A DNA stretch of 64,000 nt, from NCBI GenBank assembly GCA_963772835.1, contig CAVYYZ010000002.1, positions 352,001 to 416,000 of the forward strand, written 5' to 3'. Positions 10,542-21,995 of this stretch are shown piece after piece (positions within the stretch are counted from its first letter, which is position 1; every line of letters starts with the position of its first letter). The notes beneath the pieces are model-generated. The model searched no databases. It was not told where the DNA came from and saw nothing but the letters and a program-made list of their open reading frames with translations. Source of the DNA: an uncultured delta proteobacterium (GTDB lineage: Bacteria > Desulfobacterota > Desulfuromonadia > Geobacterales > Pseudopelobacteraceae). A program made the position numbers and the translations under genes.

Positions 10542-11717
10542 TTACACCGCCTGCAGCACAAAGCACTTCAGATATTCCGACTCCGGAAACGACAGCAGTA
10601 CCGGGTGATCCGCCGCCTGGCTGCAGGTTTCCACCAGTCGCACCTCGCGCTTCGCCAGCTTCGAGGCCTGAATCAGCATGTCGCGGAACGCTTCGCGCCC
10701 CATGTGATATGAGCAGGAACAGGTGATCAGGTAGCCGCCCGGCTCCAGCAGTTCCAGGGCACGGCGGTTGACGGTCAGGTACCCTTTGGTCGCCTCGGCG
10801 ATGTTTTTGCGGTTTTTGACGAAGGCAGGGGGGTCCATCACGATCACGCCAAAACGCTGTCCCTCCTGGTGCAGCGAACGGAGCCGTTCGAAGGCATCGC
10901 ACTCCTCAAAACGCACCCGATCGGACATCCTGTTCAGCTTGGCATGGCTGCTGGCCTGTCCCACGGCCCGGGACGAAATATCGACCCCCAGTACCGACTG
11001 TGCCCCGAACGCTGCTGCATGCACCGCCCAGCCGCCGGTGTAGCAGAAGCAGTCGAGCACTTTTTTCCCGGCACTGATCTCCCTGAGCAGCAGATGGTTC
11101 TGCTTCTGGTCGAGAAAGCCCCCGGTCTTCTGCCCTTCCCGCAGGCTTACCTGAAAGCGGAGACCGTTCTCATCCATATCGACCCGTTCCGGAACATCAC
11201 CCCACAACAGCTCCACCTGCTCCTCCAGCCCTTCCAGCTTGCGGACACTCACATCGTTACGGGCGATGATGCCGAGCGGGTTGAATACGTTCTTGAGGGC
11301 CGTCACAATCTGCTCGCGACGACAATCCATACCGGCGGAAAGGAGCTGGATCGACAGGTAGTCGCTGTATCTATCCACCACCAGTCCCGGCAGAAAATCA
11401 CTCTCGCCATAGACGGCGCGGTAGGTGGTCAATCCAGGGTAGCGGGCCTGACGGTGAGCCAGTGCTGCCGTAATCCGCTCTTCGAAAAACCCCACCGTAT
11501 CGATATCCTCCCGAACCCGCGACACAACCCTGAAGGCAATCAGTGAATGCGGATTGTAATGGCCAACAGCGATAAAGCCGCCAGCGGCGTCATACAGTTC
11601 CGCAGCAGTTCCGGCGGTACGCTCTCCTGTTATCTCGCGGATCTCGTTGCTGAATGCCCAGGGGTGTCCGGACTTGATACGGCGATCTTCGTTTTTGTTG
11701 AGGGTGATTCTGGTCAT
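10542..11717 (-). CDS. rlmI: RlmI-family SAM-dependent rRNA methyltransferase
   Basis: GHPWAFSNEI (PUA), GQKTGGFLDQ, DPPAF, PESEYLK. Confidence 0.88.
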   Translation of the reverse strand: MTRITLNKNEDRRIKSGHPWAFSNEIREITGERTAGTAAELYDAAGGFIAVGHYNPHSLIAFRVVSRVREDIDTVGFFEERITAALAHRQARYPGLTTYRAVYGESDFLPGLVVDRYSDYLSIQLLSAGMDCRREQIVTALKNVFNPLGIIARNDVSVRKLEGLEEQVELLWGDVPERVDMDENGLRFQVSLREGQKTGGFLDQKQNHLLLREISAGKKVLDCFCYTGGWAVHAAAFGAQSVLGVDISSRAVGQASSHAKLNRMSDRVRFEECDAFERLRSLHQEGQRFGVIVMDPPAFVKNRKNIAEATKGYLTVNRRALELLEPGGYLITCSCSYHMGREAFRDMLIQASKLAKREVRLVETCSQAADHPVLLSFPESEYLKCFVLQAV

Positions 11718-11841
11718 GTTAAAGTCCTCTGCCTGCGCAACTATCTGCAAGGTTTGATTTAATTTCGGCCGTCATGCTTGACAGCCAATTCCTTGTACAC
11801 CATTATGGCGGAAATTACTTTACAAACATCAGAGGATATAC

Positions 11842-12471
11842 ATGATGGATCCTGGAATACTTATCATGTTTTTTACCACCTCGGTTCTGCTGGCTCTCTC
11901 GCCCGGTCCGGACAATCTGTTTGTCATGACACAGGCCGCACAGCAGGGTAAAAAAGCGGGCCTTTTCGTCACACTGGGGCTTTGCACCGGACTGCTGTTC
12001 CACACGGCCGCAGTTACATTCGGACTGGCCGCACTCTTCAAAACCTCCGCGGTGGCCTTTACAACCCTGAAATTTACCGGGGCCGGCTACCTGCTCTACC
12101 TGGCATGGGTATCTTTCCGGGCCGGGGTTGAAACTGGACCGGCAACTGAAGCTGGCCGGCTTGACTCTGCCGCACTTTACCGCCGCGGCATCATCATGAA
12201 TATCACAAATCCCAAAGTGTCGATTTTTTTCCTCGCATTTCTGCCGCAGTTTGCCGATCCGTCAAAAGGTTCCCTGGCCGTGCAGCTTCTGCTGTTGGGG
12301 GGAATATTTATTGTCGCTACAATTATTGTCTTCGGCACGATCAGCATCCTGACCGGGGTCATCGGTGAACGGTTCCGAAAATCAGCTTTTGCCAGGAAGT
12401 TTCTTAATCGTGCGGCCGCAGTCATCTTTACCGGGCTGGCAGCCAAGCTGGCACTGGTGCAACGGGGATGA
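11842..12471 (+). CDS. LysE/RhtB family exporter
   Basis: SPGPDNLFV, GAGYLLYLA, NITNPKVSIFFLAFLPQF. Confidence 0.93.
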   Translation: MMDPGILIMFFTTSVLLALSPGPDNLFVMTQAAQQGKKAGLFVTLGLCTGLLFHTAAVTFGLAALFKTSAVAFTTLKFTGAGYLLYLAWVSFRAGVETGPATEAGRLDSAALYRRGIIMNITNPKVSIFFLAFLPQFADPSKGSLAVQLLLLGGIFIVATIIVFGTISILTGVIGERFRKSAFARKFLNRAAAVIFTGLAAKLALVQRG

Positions 12472-13307
12472 CTACCGCCACCCTGTACATCATCGCCACA
12501 CCGATAGGCAATCTGGAAGACATAACCTACCGGGCTGTACGGATTCTGGGAGAGGTTGATCTGATCGCCGCCGAAGATACCCGGCATTCTCTCAAATTGC
12601 TCAATCACTTTGGCATATCCAAACCGCTGACCTCATATTTTGACCACAATCAACAGCTCAAGGGTGAACGTATTCTGAATGCTCTGCGACAGGGGAAGTC
12701 GGTTGCGCTGATTTCAGATGCCGGGACCCCCTGCATCTCCGACCCGGGCTACCAGCTGGTTCGCGATGCGGTCGCCGAAAACATTCCGGTGGTTCCGGTC
12801 CCGGGGGCATGTGCCGCCGTAGCAGCTCTTTCAGCATCGGGACTGCCGACCGATGCCTTCACTTTTGCCGGGTTTCCTCCATCACGTCAGGGAAAGCGAC
12901 GTACTTTTCTATCCGGGATGAGCGACCTTCCCGGGACATTGGTACTTTACGAGGCTCCCCACCGATTGCTGCAAACGCTGAGCGACATTCACGAAGTACT
13001 CGGAGAACGTCAGGTGATTGTTGCGAGAGAACTCACCAAAATGTATGAAGAGTGTATCCGCGGCACGGTATCAGAAGTAATCGCTTCCGTTTCACAGGGC
13101 ATTGTACGCGGCGAAGTGGTGGTTTTAATTGCGCCAGGCGAAGTAACGCAGCCGGAGAGTGAGCCGCTGGAGCGTGTACTTCGCCGTTTGATGGGCGACG
13201 AATCGCTCTCCATCAAAGACATAGCAAAACAGGCGGCCGTAATTTCAGGAGTGTCTCGCAGCGAGGCGTATAGTGAAGCATTGAGATTAAGAAATAATAC
13301 TGATTGA
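12468..13307 (+). CDS. rsmI: 16S rRNA C1402 2'-O-methyltransferase
   Basis: ATPIGNLEDIT, AEDTR, SDAGTPCISDPG, RELTKMYEE. Confidence 0.97.
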   Translation: MTTATLYIIATPIGNLEDITYRAVRILGEVDLIAAEDTRHSLKLLNHFGISKPLTSYFDHNQQLKGERILNALRQGKSVALISDAGTPCISDPGYQLVRDAVAENIPVVPVPGACAAVAALSASGLPTDAFTFAGFPPSRQGKRRTFLSGMSDLPGTLVLYEAPHRLLQTLSDIHEVLGERQVIVARELTKMYEECIRGTVSEVIASVSQGIVRGEVVVLIAPGEVTQPESEPLERVLRRLMGDESLSIKDIAKQAAVISGVSRSEAYSEALRLRNNTD

Positions 13308-13380
13308 ACTTGAAATCATGGAATTTCAGCTGGATAGTGTGGTATAAAGAGCCGATACAATTTCAAATCTGGAGTAGTGA

Positions 13381-14730
13381 ATGAAAATCTGTATATTTGG
13401 TGCCGGATATGTCGGCCTTGTTGCCGCTGCCTGCTTCGCCGAAAGCGGCAACAGTGTAATTGCCGTTGACATCGACAGTGCACGGATTGAGGGCCTTAAA
13501 CAGGGGGTCATACCGATCTATGAGCCGGGGCTCAAAGAGATGATCCTGCGCAATCAGACTGAAGGCCGGCTCTCGTTTACTGTTGATATGGAAGAGGCTG
13601 TCAAAGCGTCACTGATCTGCTTTATCGCCGTTGGAACACCTCCGGGAGAAGACGGCTCCGCCGACCTTACATATGTCCTTGGTGTTGCCCGCGATATCGG
13701 CCGGGTCATGAACGGCTTCAAAATCATTGTCGACAAATCGACCGTTCCGGTCGGCACCGCCGACAAGGTCCGCGACGCAGTACTGAATGAATTGGCTGTG
13801 CGCGGCGTTGACTCGGAGTTCGACGTCGTATCCAACCCCGAATTTCTCAAGGAAGGGGCTGCCATTGACGACTTTATGAAACCGGACCGGGTCGTTATCG
13901 GCTGCGACAACGTCCGCACCGCCGAAATCATGAAAGAGCTCTACGATCCCTTCATGCGCAAACAGAACCGCATGATCGTCATGGATATCCGCAGCGCGGA
14001 GATGACAAAATACGCCGCCAATGCCATGCTCGCCACCCGCATCTCCTTCATGAACCAGATTGCCAATCTGTGTGAACGAATGGGAGCCGATGTGAAAGCC
14101 GTTCGTGAGGGAATCGGCTCAGATTCACGTATCGGCTACGACTTCCTTTTTCCCGGCCCCGGCTACGGCGGTTCATGTTTCCCCAAGGACGTTAAAGCCC
14201 TGATCAGAACCGCTGAAGAATCAAACTATGACTTCCTGCTGCTGAAAGCCGTCGAAGAGGTCAACGAACTCCAGAAGGATATCCTGGCAGCAAAGCTTAT
14301 CAAGCTGCTCGGCTCCTCCGGTCAGGAGCAACCGCTGACCGGTCGCATCGTCGCCTGCTGGGGGCTCTCCTTCAAGCCCCGCACCGATGATATGCGCGAA
14401 GCTCCGGCCATTACGATCATTGAACACCTGCTGTCCGCCGGCGCAACAGTTCGGGCCCATGACCCGGAGGCGATCAAGGAGGCCAGAAAAATCTTCGGTG
14501 ACCGGATAGAATACAGCAGCAACCAGTATGATATTCTGGACGGAGCCGATGCCTTGGCTATCATCACTGATTGGAGCGAGTACCGCAACCCGGATTTTGA
14601 GCGCATCAAAACCGCGCTCAGATCACCGAATGTCGTGGATGGACGTAACCTGTACAAACCTGATCGCATGGCTGCCGACGGGTTCACCTACATCCCGCTC
14701 GGACGCAGCAGCAGCGGAGGAGTGAAATAG
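13381..14730 (+). CDS. ugd: UDP-glucose 6-dehydrogenase
   Basis: [25 protein letters not shown]. Confidence 0.96.
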   Translation: MKICIFGAGYVGLVAAACFAESGNSVIAVDIDSARIEGLKQGVIPIYEPGLKEMILRNQTEGRLSFTVDMEEAVKASLICFIAVGTPPGEDGSADLTYVLGVARDIGRVMNGFKIIVDKSTVPVGTADKVRDAVLNELAVRGVDSEFDVVSNPEFLKEGAAIDDFMKPDRVVIGCDNVRTAEIMKELYDPFMRKQNRMIVMDIRSAEMTKYAANAMLATRISFMNQIANLCERMGADVKAVREGIGSDSRIGYDFLFPGPGYGGSCFPKDVKALIRTAEESNYDFLLLKAVEEVNELQKDILAAKLIKLLGSSGQEQPLTGRIVACWGLSFKPRTDDMREAPAITIIEHLLSAGATVRAHDPEAIKEARKIFGDRIEYSSNQYDILDGADALAIITDWSEYRNPDFERIKTALRSPNVVDGRNLYKPDRMAADGFTYIPLGRSSSGGVK

Positions 14731-14731
14731 C

Positions 14732-15667
14732 ATGCGGATACTGGTAACCGGCGGTGCCGGCTTCGTCGGTTCACATCTCTGCGAACGCCTCCTCGGCGAA
14801 GGGCATGATGTCATCTGTCTTGATAACTTTTTCACCGGCAGCAAGGACAACATCATTCATCTGATGGACAGCCACCGCTTCGAACTTGTCCGTCATGACA
14901 TAACCGAACCGATTCTTTTGGAAGTTGATCGCATCTACAATCTGGCCTGTCCCGCCTCCCCGATACATTACCAGTACAACCCGGTCAAAACGACCAAAAC
15001 CAGCGTCATGGGAACCATCAACATGCTCGGACTCGCCAAACGGGTCAAAGCGCGCATCCTGCAGGCCTCCACCTCCGAGGTCTACGGCGACCCACATGTT
15101 CATCCGCAGACCGAGTCCTACTGGGGCAACGTCAACCCGATAGGCATACGCAGCTGCTATGATGAAGGGAAACGTGTCGCTGAAACCCTGATGATGGATT
15201 ATCATCGCCAGAACAAGGTCGACATCCGCATCATCCGCATCTTCAACACCTATGGGCCGCGTATGGCGGAAAATGACGGTCGTGTGGTATCCAACTTCAT
15301 CCTGCAGGCACTCAGAAACAACGACATCACCGTCTATGGCGACGGCTCCCAGACACGTTCGTTCTGCTACGTCTCTGACCTGGTGGAAGGGATGGTACGC
15401 ATGATGGAATGCCCGGATTTTATCGGTCCGGTGAACATCGGAAACCCGGTCGAAAATTCAATCCTTGAGTTTGCTGAAAAAATCATTACAATAACAGGAT
15501 CAAAGTCGAAGATCATCTTTCAGCCGCTGCCACAGGATGACCCGAAACAGCGGCAGCCTGACATTTCCCTTGCTCGTGAAAAACTGGCATGGGAACCGGC
15601 TGTTATGCTGGATGACGGGCTTACATTAACGTCGGCATATTTTGCTGATCGGATCAGGAAAGGGTAA
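14732..15667 (+). CDS. uxs: UDP-glucuronate decarboxylase
   Basis: [32 protein letters not shown]. Confidence 0.93.
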   Translation: MRILVTGGAGFVGSHLCERLLGEGHDVICLDNFFTGSKDNIIHLMDSHRFELVRHDITEPILLEVDRIYNLACPASPIHYQYNPVKTTKTSVMGTINMLGLAKRVKARILQASTSEVYGDPHVHPQTESYWGNVNPIGIRSCYDEGKRVAETLMMDYHRQNKVDIRIIRIFNTYGPRMAENDGRVVSNFILQALRNNDITVYGDGSQTRSFCYVSDLVEGMVRMMECPDFIGPVNIGNPVENSILEFAEKIITITGSKSKIIFQPLPQDDPKQRQPDISLAREKLAWEPAVMLDDGLTLTSAYFADRIRKG

Positions 15668-15970
15668 ATGATCAATCTGCCCCTTCAAAAAAAGATGTAT
15701 ATCATTCCGGCAGGATGCCTGGCATTCATCCTGTTTTTCACTGTTTTTGGCGACAAAGGTCTCCTGCGTATTTTTGAACTCAAGCAGGACAAAAACAAAA
15801 TTGAATCCCGTTTATCTGAAAGCAGGACTGATAATGAAAGACTTAAGCGTGAGATAATAGCTCTCAAATCAGATCGCCGCTACCTTGAAAGTATCGCTCG
15901 CAAAGATTTCGGCCTTGTGCGCAGCAATGAAGTCATCTACCAATTCCCGCAGAAAACGAAGCAACCGTAG
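15668..15970 (+). CDS. ftsB: Septum formation initiator FtsB/DivIC family
   Basis: TM helix, FGDKG, coiled coil, LESIARKDFGLV. Confidence 0.85.
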   Translation: MINLPLQKKMYIIPAGCLAFILFFTVFGDKGLLRIFELKQDKNKIESRLSESRTDNERLKREIIALKSDRRYLESIARKDFGLVRSNEVIYQFPQKTKQP

Positions 15971-15986
15971 TTCCAGGACGTACTCC

Positions 15987-16157
15987 ATGACGCGACAAAA
16001 ATGCGCTGTTTGTGCCTGGCGCGAAAACTGTTCAAAACGATTCTGCATACCTGATGGAGGCGCCAGATGCCCGGATTTTACCCGGGATGTCAGCATCAAG
16101 GGTGATGCAGAAGATATCAACAATACAAACGACAAGAAAGTACAGCCCCTAACATGA
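15987..16157 (+). CDS. Small Cys-rich hypothetical protein (56 aa)
   Basis: [20 protein letters not shown]...RCPDF; AGGA RBS; fills the ftsB-argS gap and its stop overlaps the argS ATG. Confidence 0.7.
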   Translation: MTRQKCAVCAWRENCSKRFCIPDGGARCPDFTRDVSIKGDAEDINNTNDKKVQPLT

Positions 16158-17845
16158 TGAGAAACCGAATAGCTCCTCTCCTTGAATCTGCACTGATCAA
16201 AGCCCACGCGGCTCTAGAATTGACAACTTTTCCCCGACCGGCCATCATCATCGGCCATCCAGCCAACCCTGAACATGGAGATTTTTCCTGCAATATCGCC
16301 ATGCAGATAGCCAAAGGCGAGCGCAAAGCGCCACGCCAGGTGGCTGAAATCATCATTAAACATCTTGGTGATGGTGACGGCCTGTTGGCAAAAAGCGAAA
16401 TTGCCGGGCCCGGCTTCATCAATCTGTTTGTATCCGAAAAGGCATGGCAGGCTTCCCTTCTTGAGATTGAGGCAGAGAAGGACGGGTACGGCCGCACTTC
16501 AAGCGGAGCAGGAAAAAAGGTTCAGGTAGAGTTTGTCAGTGCCAATCCGACCGGACCGCTGCATATCGGTCACGGTCGCGGGGCGGCAATCGGCGATACT
16601 CTCTGCCGGGTACTTGATGCTGCCGGATGGGACGTGACCCGCGAATTCTATTACAACGATGCCGGCGTTCAGATCAGCAACCTTGCCCTTTCCGTTCAGC
16701 TGCGCTGCCTTGGCGTTGAACCGGATGACCCGCGGTGGCCGGAAAACGGTTACCAGGGAGAGTATATCAAGGATGTAGCCAGGGCCTATCTCGCGTGCGA
16801 AACCGTGGAAGCCACTGACCAGCAGACGACAGCCTCTGGAGACACTGAAAAACTTGAGGATATACGCCATTTTGCCGTCGCTTGGCTGCGTCGCGAACAG
16901 GACCTTGATCTTGAAGCTTTTGGTGTCGCGTTTGATGTCTATACGCTTGAATCGGCACTCTACAGCGAGGGCAGAGTTGATGCAGTTGTCCAGAGATTGA
17001 TCGCCAATAAACACGCCTACGAACACGATGGCGCGCTCTGGCTCCGCTCTACCGATTTCGGCGACGACAAAGATCGCGTCATGCGCAAAGCTGACGGCAG
17101 TTATACCTATTTCGTACCTGACGTCGCCTATCATCAGGCCAAATGGGAGCGCGGTTTTACCAGAGTTATCAACGAGCAGGGGTCTGATCACCACAGCACG
17201 GTTACCCGAGTCCGCGCCGGGCTTCAGGCTCTTGACATCGGAATTCCGCAGGGATGGCCTGAATATGTGCTGCACCAGATGGTGACAGTCATGCGAGGCG
17301 GCGAAGAGGTAAAAATATCCAAAAGGGCCGGCAGTTATGTCACCCTCCGCGACCTGATTGACGAGGTAGGACGTGATGCAACCCGCTTCTTTTTTCTGAT
17401 GCGCAAACCGGATGCCCAATTGGTATTCGACATCGACCTTGCCAAGCAGCAGACCAACGAAAACCCGGTTTATTACGTCCAGTATGCCCATGCCCGTATC
17501 TGCAGCATTTTTGAGAACGCTGTAGAAAAGGGTTTTATCGCCCCGGAAAAACCCGCTCCAGCGGATCTTGCCTGCCTCTCAACTCCCGAGGACCTGCAGA
17601 TGATTAAGCTTCTGACAGCACTGCCTGACACGGTAGATGACTGTGCCGTTCATTTTGAGCCTCATCGCCTGACATATTACCTGAGTGAACTTGCCAGTTG
17701 TTTTCATGGTTTCTATAACAAAAACCGCGTTATCAGCGAAGATCAAACACTAACGGCAGCCCGCCTCTACCTTCTGAAACGTACCGCCCAGACTCTTAAA
17801 AACGCCCTCTCTATCCTGGGTATATCTGCACCGGAACGGATGTAG
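16154..17845 (+). CDS. argS: Arginine--tRNA ligase
   Basis: [36 protein letters not shown]-terminal PERM. Confidence 0.99.
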   Translation: MMRNRIAPLLESALIKAHAALELTTFPRPAIIIGHPANPEHGDFSCNIAMQIAKGERKAPRQVAEIIIKHLGDGDGLLAKSEIAGPGFINLFVSEKAWQASLLEIEAEKDGYGRTSSGAGKKVQVEFVSANPTGPLHIGHGRGAAIGDTLCRVLDAAGWDVTREFYYNDAGVQISNLALSVQLRCLGVEPDDPRWPENGYQGEYIKDVARAYLACETVEATDQQTTASGDTEKLEDIRHFAVAWLRREQDLDLEAFGVAFDVYTLESALYSEGRVDAVVQRLIANKHAYEHDGALWLRSTDFGDDKDRVMRKADGSYTYFVPDVAYHQAKWERGFTRVINEQGSDHHSTVTRVRAGLQALDIGIPQGWPEYVLHQMVTVMRGGEEVKISKRAGSYVTLRDLIDEVGRDATRFFFLMRKPDAQLVFDIDLAKQQTNENPVYYVQYAHARICSIFENAVEKGFIAPEKPAPADLACLSTPEDLQMIKLLTALPDTVDDCAVHFEPHRLTYYLSELASCFHGFYNKNRVISEDQTLTAARLYLLKRTAQTLKNALSILGISAPERM

Positions 17846-17856
17846 CGGAGACCACC

Positions 17857-18639
17857 ATGCGCATAGACTACAGTGAACCGAAAAAATCATGCAGTTCCCC
17901 CCAGGGGAGCCAGAATCGCCCCAGAAAGGAATCTTCAGGGGGGATACTTATAGTTGCCTTTTTCACCGGCATTATCTGCCTCGGAATCGGCTTTGCCAGT
18001 GGCTGGATGTTTTCCCAGCGCTCAGCCAAAAAAGGCTTCAAGGCTGCGATGGAACAACAAAGCCTTGAAAATTCTCCACAAGACGCTAAGACCCTGCAAT
18101 CATCGCAACTGCCGGCATCCCCGCCACCCGCAGCTCAGTCACAACCTGCCGGTTCTACCCCGCAACCGGCAAAACCCGGTGGAGCGCAGACGGCGGTCGA
18201 TCCACCACTCAGTTTTTACAAATCCCTTCCAAGCGGCCAGAAGAGCAATGTAATGGGGAGCGGAATCAATTCAAGAGAGGACAAACCGGCAAAACAGCCT
18301 CTCCAGGCTGCCATGCCCGCTAACTTATCCAGGCCGGCTCCGAATCAGAACTATGACACGACGGTCCAACCCGTACCGGCAAAACCGGCGGCAGCTCTTC
18401 GTCCGGATGCGACCGGCCTCACGGTCCAGGTCGCTTCGTTCAGCCTCAAGTCAGAGGCCGAGACAATGCGGGGGAAACTGGCGGCCAAAGGATATAACGT
18501 CAATATTGTAGAATCTCATTTGGGTGATAAGGGAACCTGGTATCGTGTCCGTGTCGGCAGACGTCTTGATCCGGAAGCGGCGAAAGAGCTGGCCGGGAAG
18601 CTCGGCAAAGGGGCGATCGCAATCCCAGACAAAGAATAA
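17857..18639 (+). CDS. SPOR-domain cell division protein (FtsN-like)
   Basis: TM helix, Pro/Gln linker, VQVASF...WYRVRVG; lies downstream of argS. Confidence 0.88.
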   Translation: MRIDYSEPKKSCSSPQGSQNRPRKESSGGILIVAFFTGIICLGIGFASGWMFSQRSAKKGFKAAMEQQSLENSPQDAKTLQSSQLPASPPPAAQSQPAGSTPQPAKPGGAQTAVDPPLSFYKSLPSGQKSNVMGSGINSREDKPAKQPLQAAMPANLSRPAPNQNYDTTVQPVPAKPAAALRPDATGLTVQVASFSLKSEAETMRGKLAAKGYNVNIVESHLGDKGTWYRVRVGRRLDPEAAKELAGKLGKGAIAIPDKE

Positions 18640-18758
18640 TATTTCTGCCGCATCCCCCACAAACCGTACAAACATGGTGCGAACGCAACAAAATCAGGCC
18701 TAAAATGGGCGCCACTTTATTTCCGGACCAATAAATTATGCCGTAGCGAAAGTTTTTA

Positions 18759-18788
18759 TTGACAACTTCCACACTCTCCTGTTATAAG
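18759..18788 (+). promoter_or_regulatory. sigma70 promoter for tRNA operon
   Basis: TTGACA (18759-64), extended -10 TGtTATAAG. Confidence 0.7.
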
Positions 18789-18805
18789 TTCGGTTCACTT
18801 CATGT

Positions 18806-18882
<77 letters not shown>

Positions 18883-18932
18883 AAATCATTATCGCCCCTT
18901 TGGTATTACCAACCTAAGGGGCGTTTTCAAAT

Positions 18933-19009
18933 GGCGGTGTAGCTCAGTTGGCTAGAGCAAGCGACTCATATTCGCTAGGTCCGGAGTTCAAATCTCTGCA
19001 CCGCCACCA
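18933..19009 (+). tRNA. tRNA-Met (CAT), probably elongator
   Basis: GGCGGTG/CACCGCC acceptor, AGCGA-CTCATAT-TCGCT anticodon arm, GTTCAAA T-loop, CCA. Confidence 0.93.
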
Positions 19010-19405
19010 TACATGAACAAGCTCTGTAAGCTCTCTAGCTACAGGGCTTTTTCTTTTTCTTTTTCTATCTGTTTACACCTACGGCACGTATTCCACAGCG
19101 CGTTCCATAAGGCATCAACACTGGTTCTAATGAGAAGAGTCTGGTACGGCAGCGGGATTAACAAAAGTATTGCTGGAGGTTCTGATAGAATTGACTATGG
19201 GCTTTTCATCAGGCAGGTTTGCAGGAGCTTACGCGGGTTTAAAAAATGCGTCGAATTTTGCTATACATTCCGGCCTCAACGAGAGGACTACCCAGAGGCC
19301 TCTTTGAACCGGCTTGTAAGCATACACTCTGCAGGTATCAGGACAATTAAAGGGAAGATTCAAAACAGTAATGTATCGTTGCAGCACAACCAGCGACTTT
19401 TGAAT

Positions 19406-20191
19406 TTATGCTGTTACAATCTCTGCTTTACAGTCAAGAAGCTGTCTGATGTTTGAGAACAACTGGGTTGGCAACATCGGTTTTTGAATGAAGTTGAGAT
19501 GGTCGAGACCGCCCAAAGATACCGAAGAATAACCACTCATTAAAATGATATTGGCTTTTGAATTCAACTTTCTAATCTCTTTGTAAGCAGCAATACCATC
19601 TTTACGGGGCATCATTACATCCATCAACACCATGTCAATGTCATTCATAAATTCTATGTAGTTATTGACTGCATCCTGGCCATCCTCTGCCACAATGACT
19701 TTGTATCCTTGTGCAGTTAATGCATGAAACAGGAAGTCCCTTAAATGATCTTCATCCTCTACAAGCAAAATAGTTTCATTACCCTTCAGACCAGGATCAC
19801 TGTTCATGGGCTTGCCCCTAAAATGTTTCCAGAATATATTAAAATCTATTTTATCAAAACTGTTCTTGCAAACGCTTGAATTATTAAGACGCAGCAGCAA
19901 CTCGACTTCAGTGAATATTTGTGCAACTGAAACGTGTAGTGCAGTAGCAAGCTGAAATATAGTGATCAGCTTTGGTTGCTGTAAACCTCGTTCAAGCCGG
20001 GAGATAAATACTCTGTCCAATGAACTTATTTCTGACAGTCCCTCTTGAGAAAACAGGCGCTCTTTCCTTAATCTGCGTACAACGGCTCCGAAAGCCTGTT
20101 CGATTGTCAAAAAAACGCTCCTGATAGATCTTAAATTGGTATTACTTATATCACACAAATGGTTTTCACTTTGTAGACTACTGACCTCCAT
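19406..20191 (-). CDS. XRE-family HTH fused to response-regulator receiver domain (start may be TTG near 20110)
   Basis: AFGAVVRRLRKERLFSQEGL...ISRLERG then ILLVEDE...MDVMMP...MSGY...QKP; AT-rich. Confidence 0.85.
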   Translation of the reverse strand: MEVSSLQSENHLCDISNTNLRSIRSVFLTIEQAFGAVVRRLRKERLFSQEGLSEISSLDRVFISRLERGLQQPKLITIFQLATALHVSVAQIFTEVELLLRLNNSSVCKNSFDKIDFNIFWKHFRGKPMNSDPGLKGNETILLVEDEDHLRDFLFHALTAQGYKVIVAEDGQDAVNNYIEFMNDIDMVLMDVMMPRKDGIAAYKEIRKLNSKANIILMSGYSSVSLGGLDHLNFIQKPMLPTQLFSNIRQLLDCKAEIVTA

Positions 20192-20400
20192 TTAATCCCG
20201 CATGTTTAACAGTAGATATACTGGATTCCTGACAGATTGGTGCCAACTGTAAAGGATTTGGAATGATTGACAAACTTTGCATATGTAGTGTATCTGTACT
20301 CTGTTAAGTAATTACATAGTAGCATAAAGTGTCCATCAATTTTTAATTAAAACTCCTGCGGTTGAGGGATGCAACTGATGTGGACATCATGTAACGCATA

Positions 20401-20475
20401 GTAATTTCAGGCGGCTAAAGAGTAAACGGTTCATATTAGCCAGGTACGGAGTTCAATAGCTCTGCACCGCCACCA
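20401..20475 (+). pseudogene. Degenerate copy of tRNA-Met (att-like remnant)
   Basis: Aligns with most of 18933-19009; CTCTGCACCGCCACCA identical; 5' acceptor strand missing. Confidence 0.75.
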
Positions 20476-20541
20476 TTCTTCTAAAAGCCTTGAGTATTTC
20501 AGGGTTTTTTTATTTAAACATCAGATTCATGGAGGCATAAC

Positions 20542-20922
20542 GTGATTAATATCGATTTTGATAAAATGGGTGGACTTATCCCTGCCGTTATTCAGGACTA
20601 CCTGAACGGTGAAGTTCTTATGGTTGCATTCATGGATAAAAAAACACTTGATTTGACATTGAAAGACGGCAAAACCTGGTTCTTCAGCCGAACCCGCAAC
20701 AAGTACTGGATGAAGGGTGAGGAATCGGGCAATACCCAGGAAGTTATGGAAGTGCTGACCGACTGTGATGCCGATACCGTTGTAATCAAGGTAAAGCAGA
20801 ACGGACTTGCCGCCTGCCATACCGGAAACCGCAGCTGCTTTTACGTCAAATGGGAAAACGGGCAGTGGGTGGAACATTCGAACCCGCTGTTCGACCCGGA
20901 TGAGGTCTACAAAAAAAAATGA
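20542..20922 (+). CDS. hisI: Phosphoribosyl-AMP cyclohydrolase
   Basis: SRTRNKYWMKGEESG, DCDAD, ACHTGNRSCF. Confidence 0.97.
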   Translation: MINIDFDKMGGLIPAVIQDYLNGEVLMVAFMDKKTLDLTLKDGKTWFFSRTRNKYWMKGEESGNTQEVMEVLTDCDADTVVIKVKQNGLAACHTGNRSCFYVKWENGQWVEHSNPLFDPDEVYKKK

Positions 20923-21075
20923 AGGAGCATCTCATCAATTCGGACTCCGCTCTTTCGGATGCCGTGAGAAACCCTGCTAGAAGGCATCTTCGCGGCACTT
21001 CATAGCCGGTGTTACTTCGTGAAAATGTTCATTTACTCCTGACAATTCATTATTCCGTTCAAAGAGAGGGTACAT

Positions 21076-21951
21076 ATGTCCAATATTCTGAATTTCGGTA
21101 TTCCCAAAGGGAGTCTCGAGGACGCCACTGTAGGCCTGTTTAAAAAAGCCGGCTGGCAGATAAGCATCTCCTCCCGCAGCTATTTTCCGGGAGTTGACGA
21201 CACCGAAATGAACTGCAAGCTGATCCGCCCACAGGAGATGGCCCGGTATGTCGAACGTCAGACCATTGATGCCGGCATCGCAGGCCGCGACTGGGTTCGT
21301 GAAAATGATTCAGATGTGGTTGAAGTCTGTGAAATGGTCTATTCTAAAGTTTCACGGCGCCCGGCCCGCTGGGTGCTGGTTGTCAATGGCGATTCAAAGG
21401 TACAGAAGCCGGAAGACCTTCATGGCGCCACGATCTCCACCGAACTGGTCGGATTTACCAGGCGCTATTTTGCCGAACGGAATATTCCGGTTACTGTTGA
21501 ATTTTCCTGGGGCGCAACCGAGGCAAAAGTCGTCGATGGACTCTGCGATGCGATTGTGGAAGTCACCGAAACCGGCTCGACCATAAAAGCAAACGGGCTG
21601 CGCATCGTCTGTGAACTTATGGAATCCGTACCGGTCCTGCTGGCCAGTAAGGCCGCCTGGGAAGACCCGTGGAAACGGGCAAAGATCAACCAGATCGCAA
21701 CATTACTGAAATCATCGCTGGCAGCCGAAGGCATGGTCGGCCTGAAAATGAATGCTCCGGCAGATACCGTTGATGCGATCACCAGACTACTGCCCAGCCT
21801 CAAAAATCCGACAGTTTCGAACCTTTATAACTCAGACTGGCTCTCTATTGAGAGCATCCTGTCCGAAAAAGAGGTGCGGAGGGTTGTGCCTGAGCTCATC
21901 AAATTAGGGGCTGAGGGAATTATTGAGTACCCGCTTAACAAGATAATCTGA
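21076..21951 (+). CDS. hisG: ATP phosphoribosyltransferase (long form)
   Basis: [25 protein letters not shown]-terminal regulatory domain. Confidence 0.96.
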   Translation: MSNILNFGIPKGSLEDATVGLFKKAGWQISISSRSYFPGVDDTEMNCKLIRPQEMARYVERQTIDAGIAGRDWVRENDSDVVEVCEMVYSKVSRRPARWVLVVNGDSKVQKPEDLHGATISTELVGFTRRYFAERNIPVTVEFSWGATEAKVVDGLCDAIVEVTETGSTIKANGLRIVCELMESVPVLLASKAAWEDPWKRAKINQIATLLKSSLAAEGMVGLKMNAPADTVDAITRLLPSLKNPTVSNLYNSDWLSIESILSEKEVRRVVPELIKLGAEGIIEYPLNKII

Positions 21952-21995
21952 AGAGAGACGCTGTCAGCTAAACGACAACGATTGGAATACAACGT

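Noticed and set aside
16499..17491. 330-aa antisense ORF (and similar long shadows in rlmI, mutS, prfA, trpB, MCP)
   Set aside because: Antisense shadows of well-supported genes caused by codon bias.
19013..19456. 147-aa ORF after tRNA-Met
   Set aside because: Runs through a terminator hairpin, has no RBS or motifs, and overlaps the regulator's 3' end.
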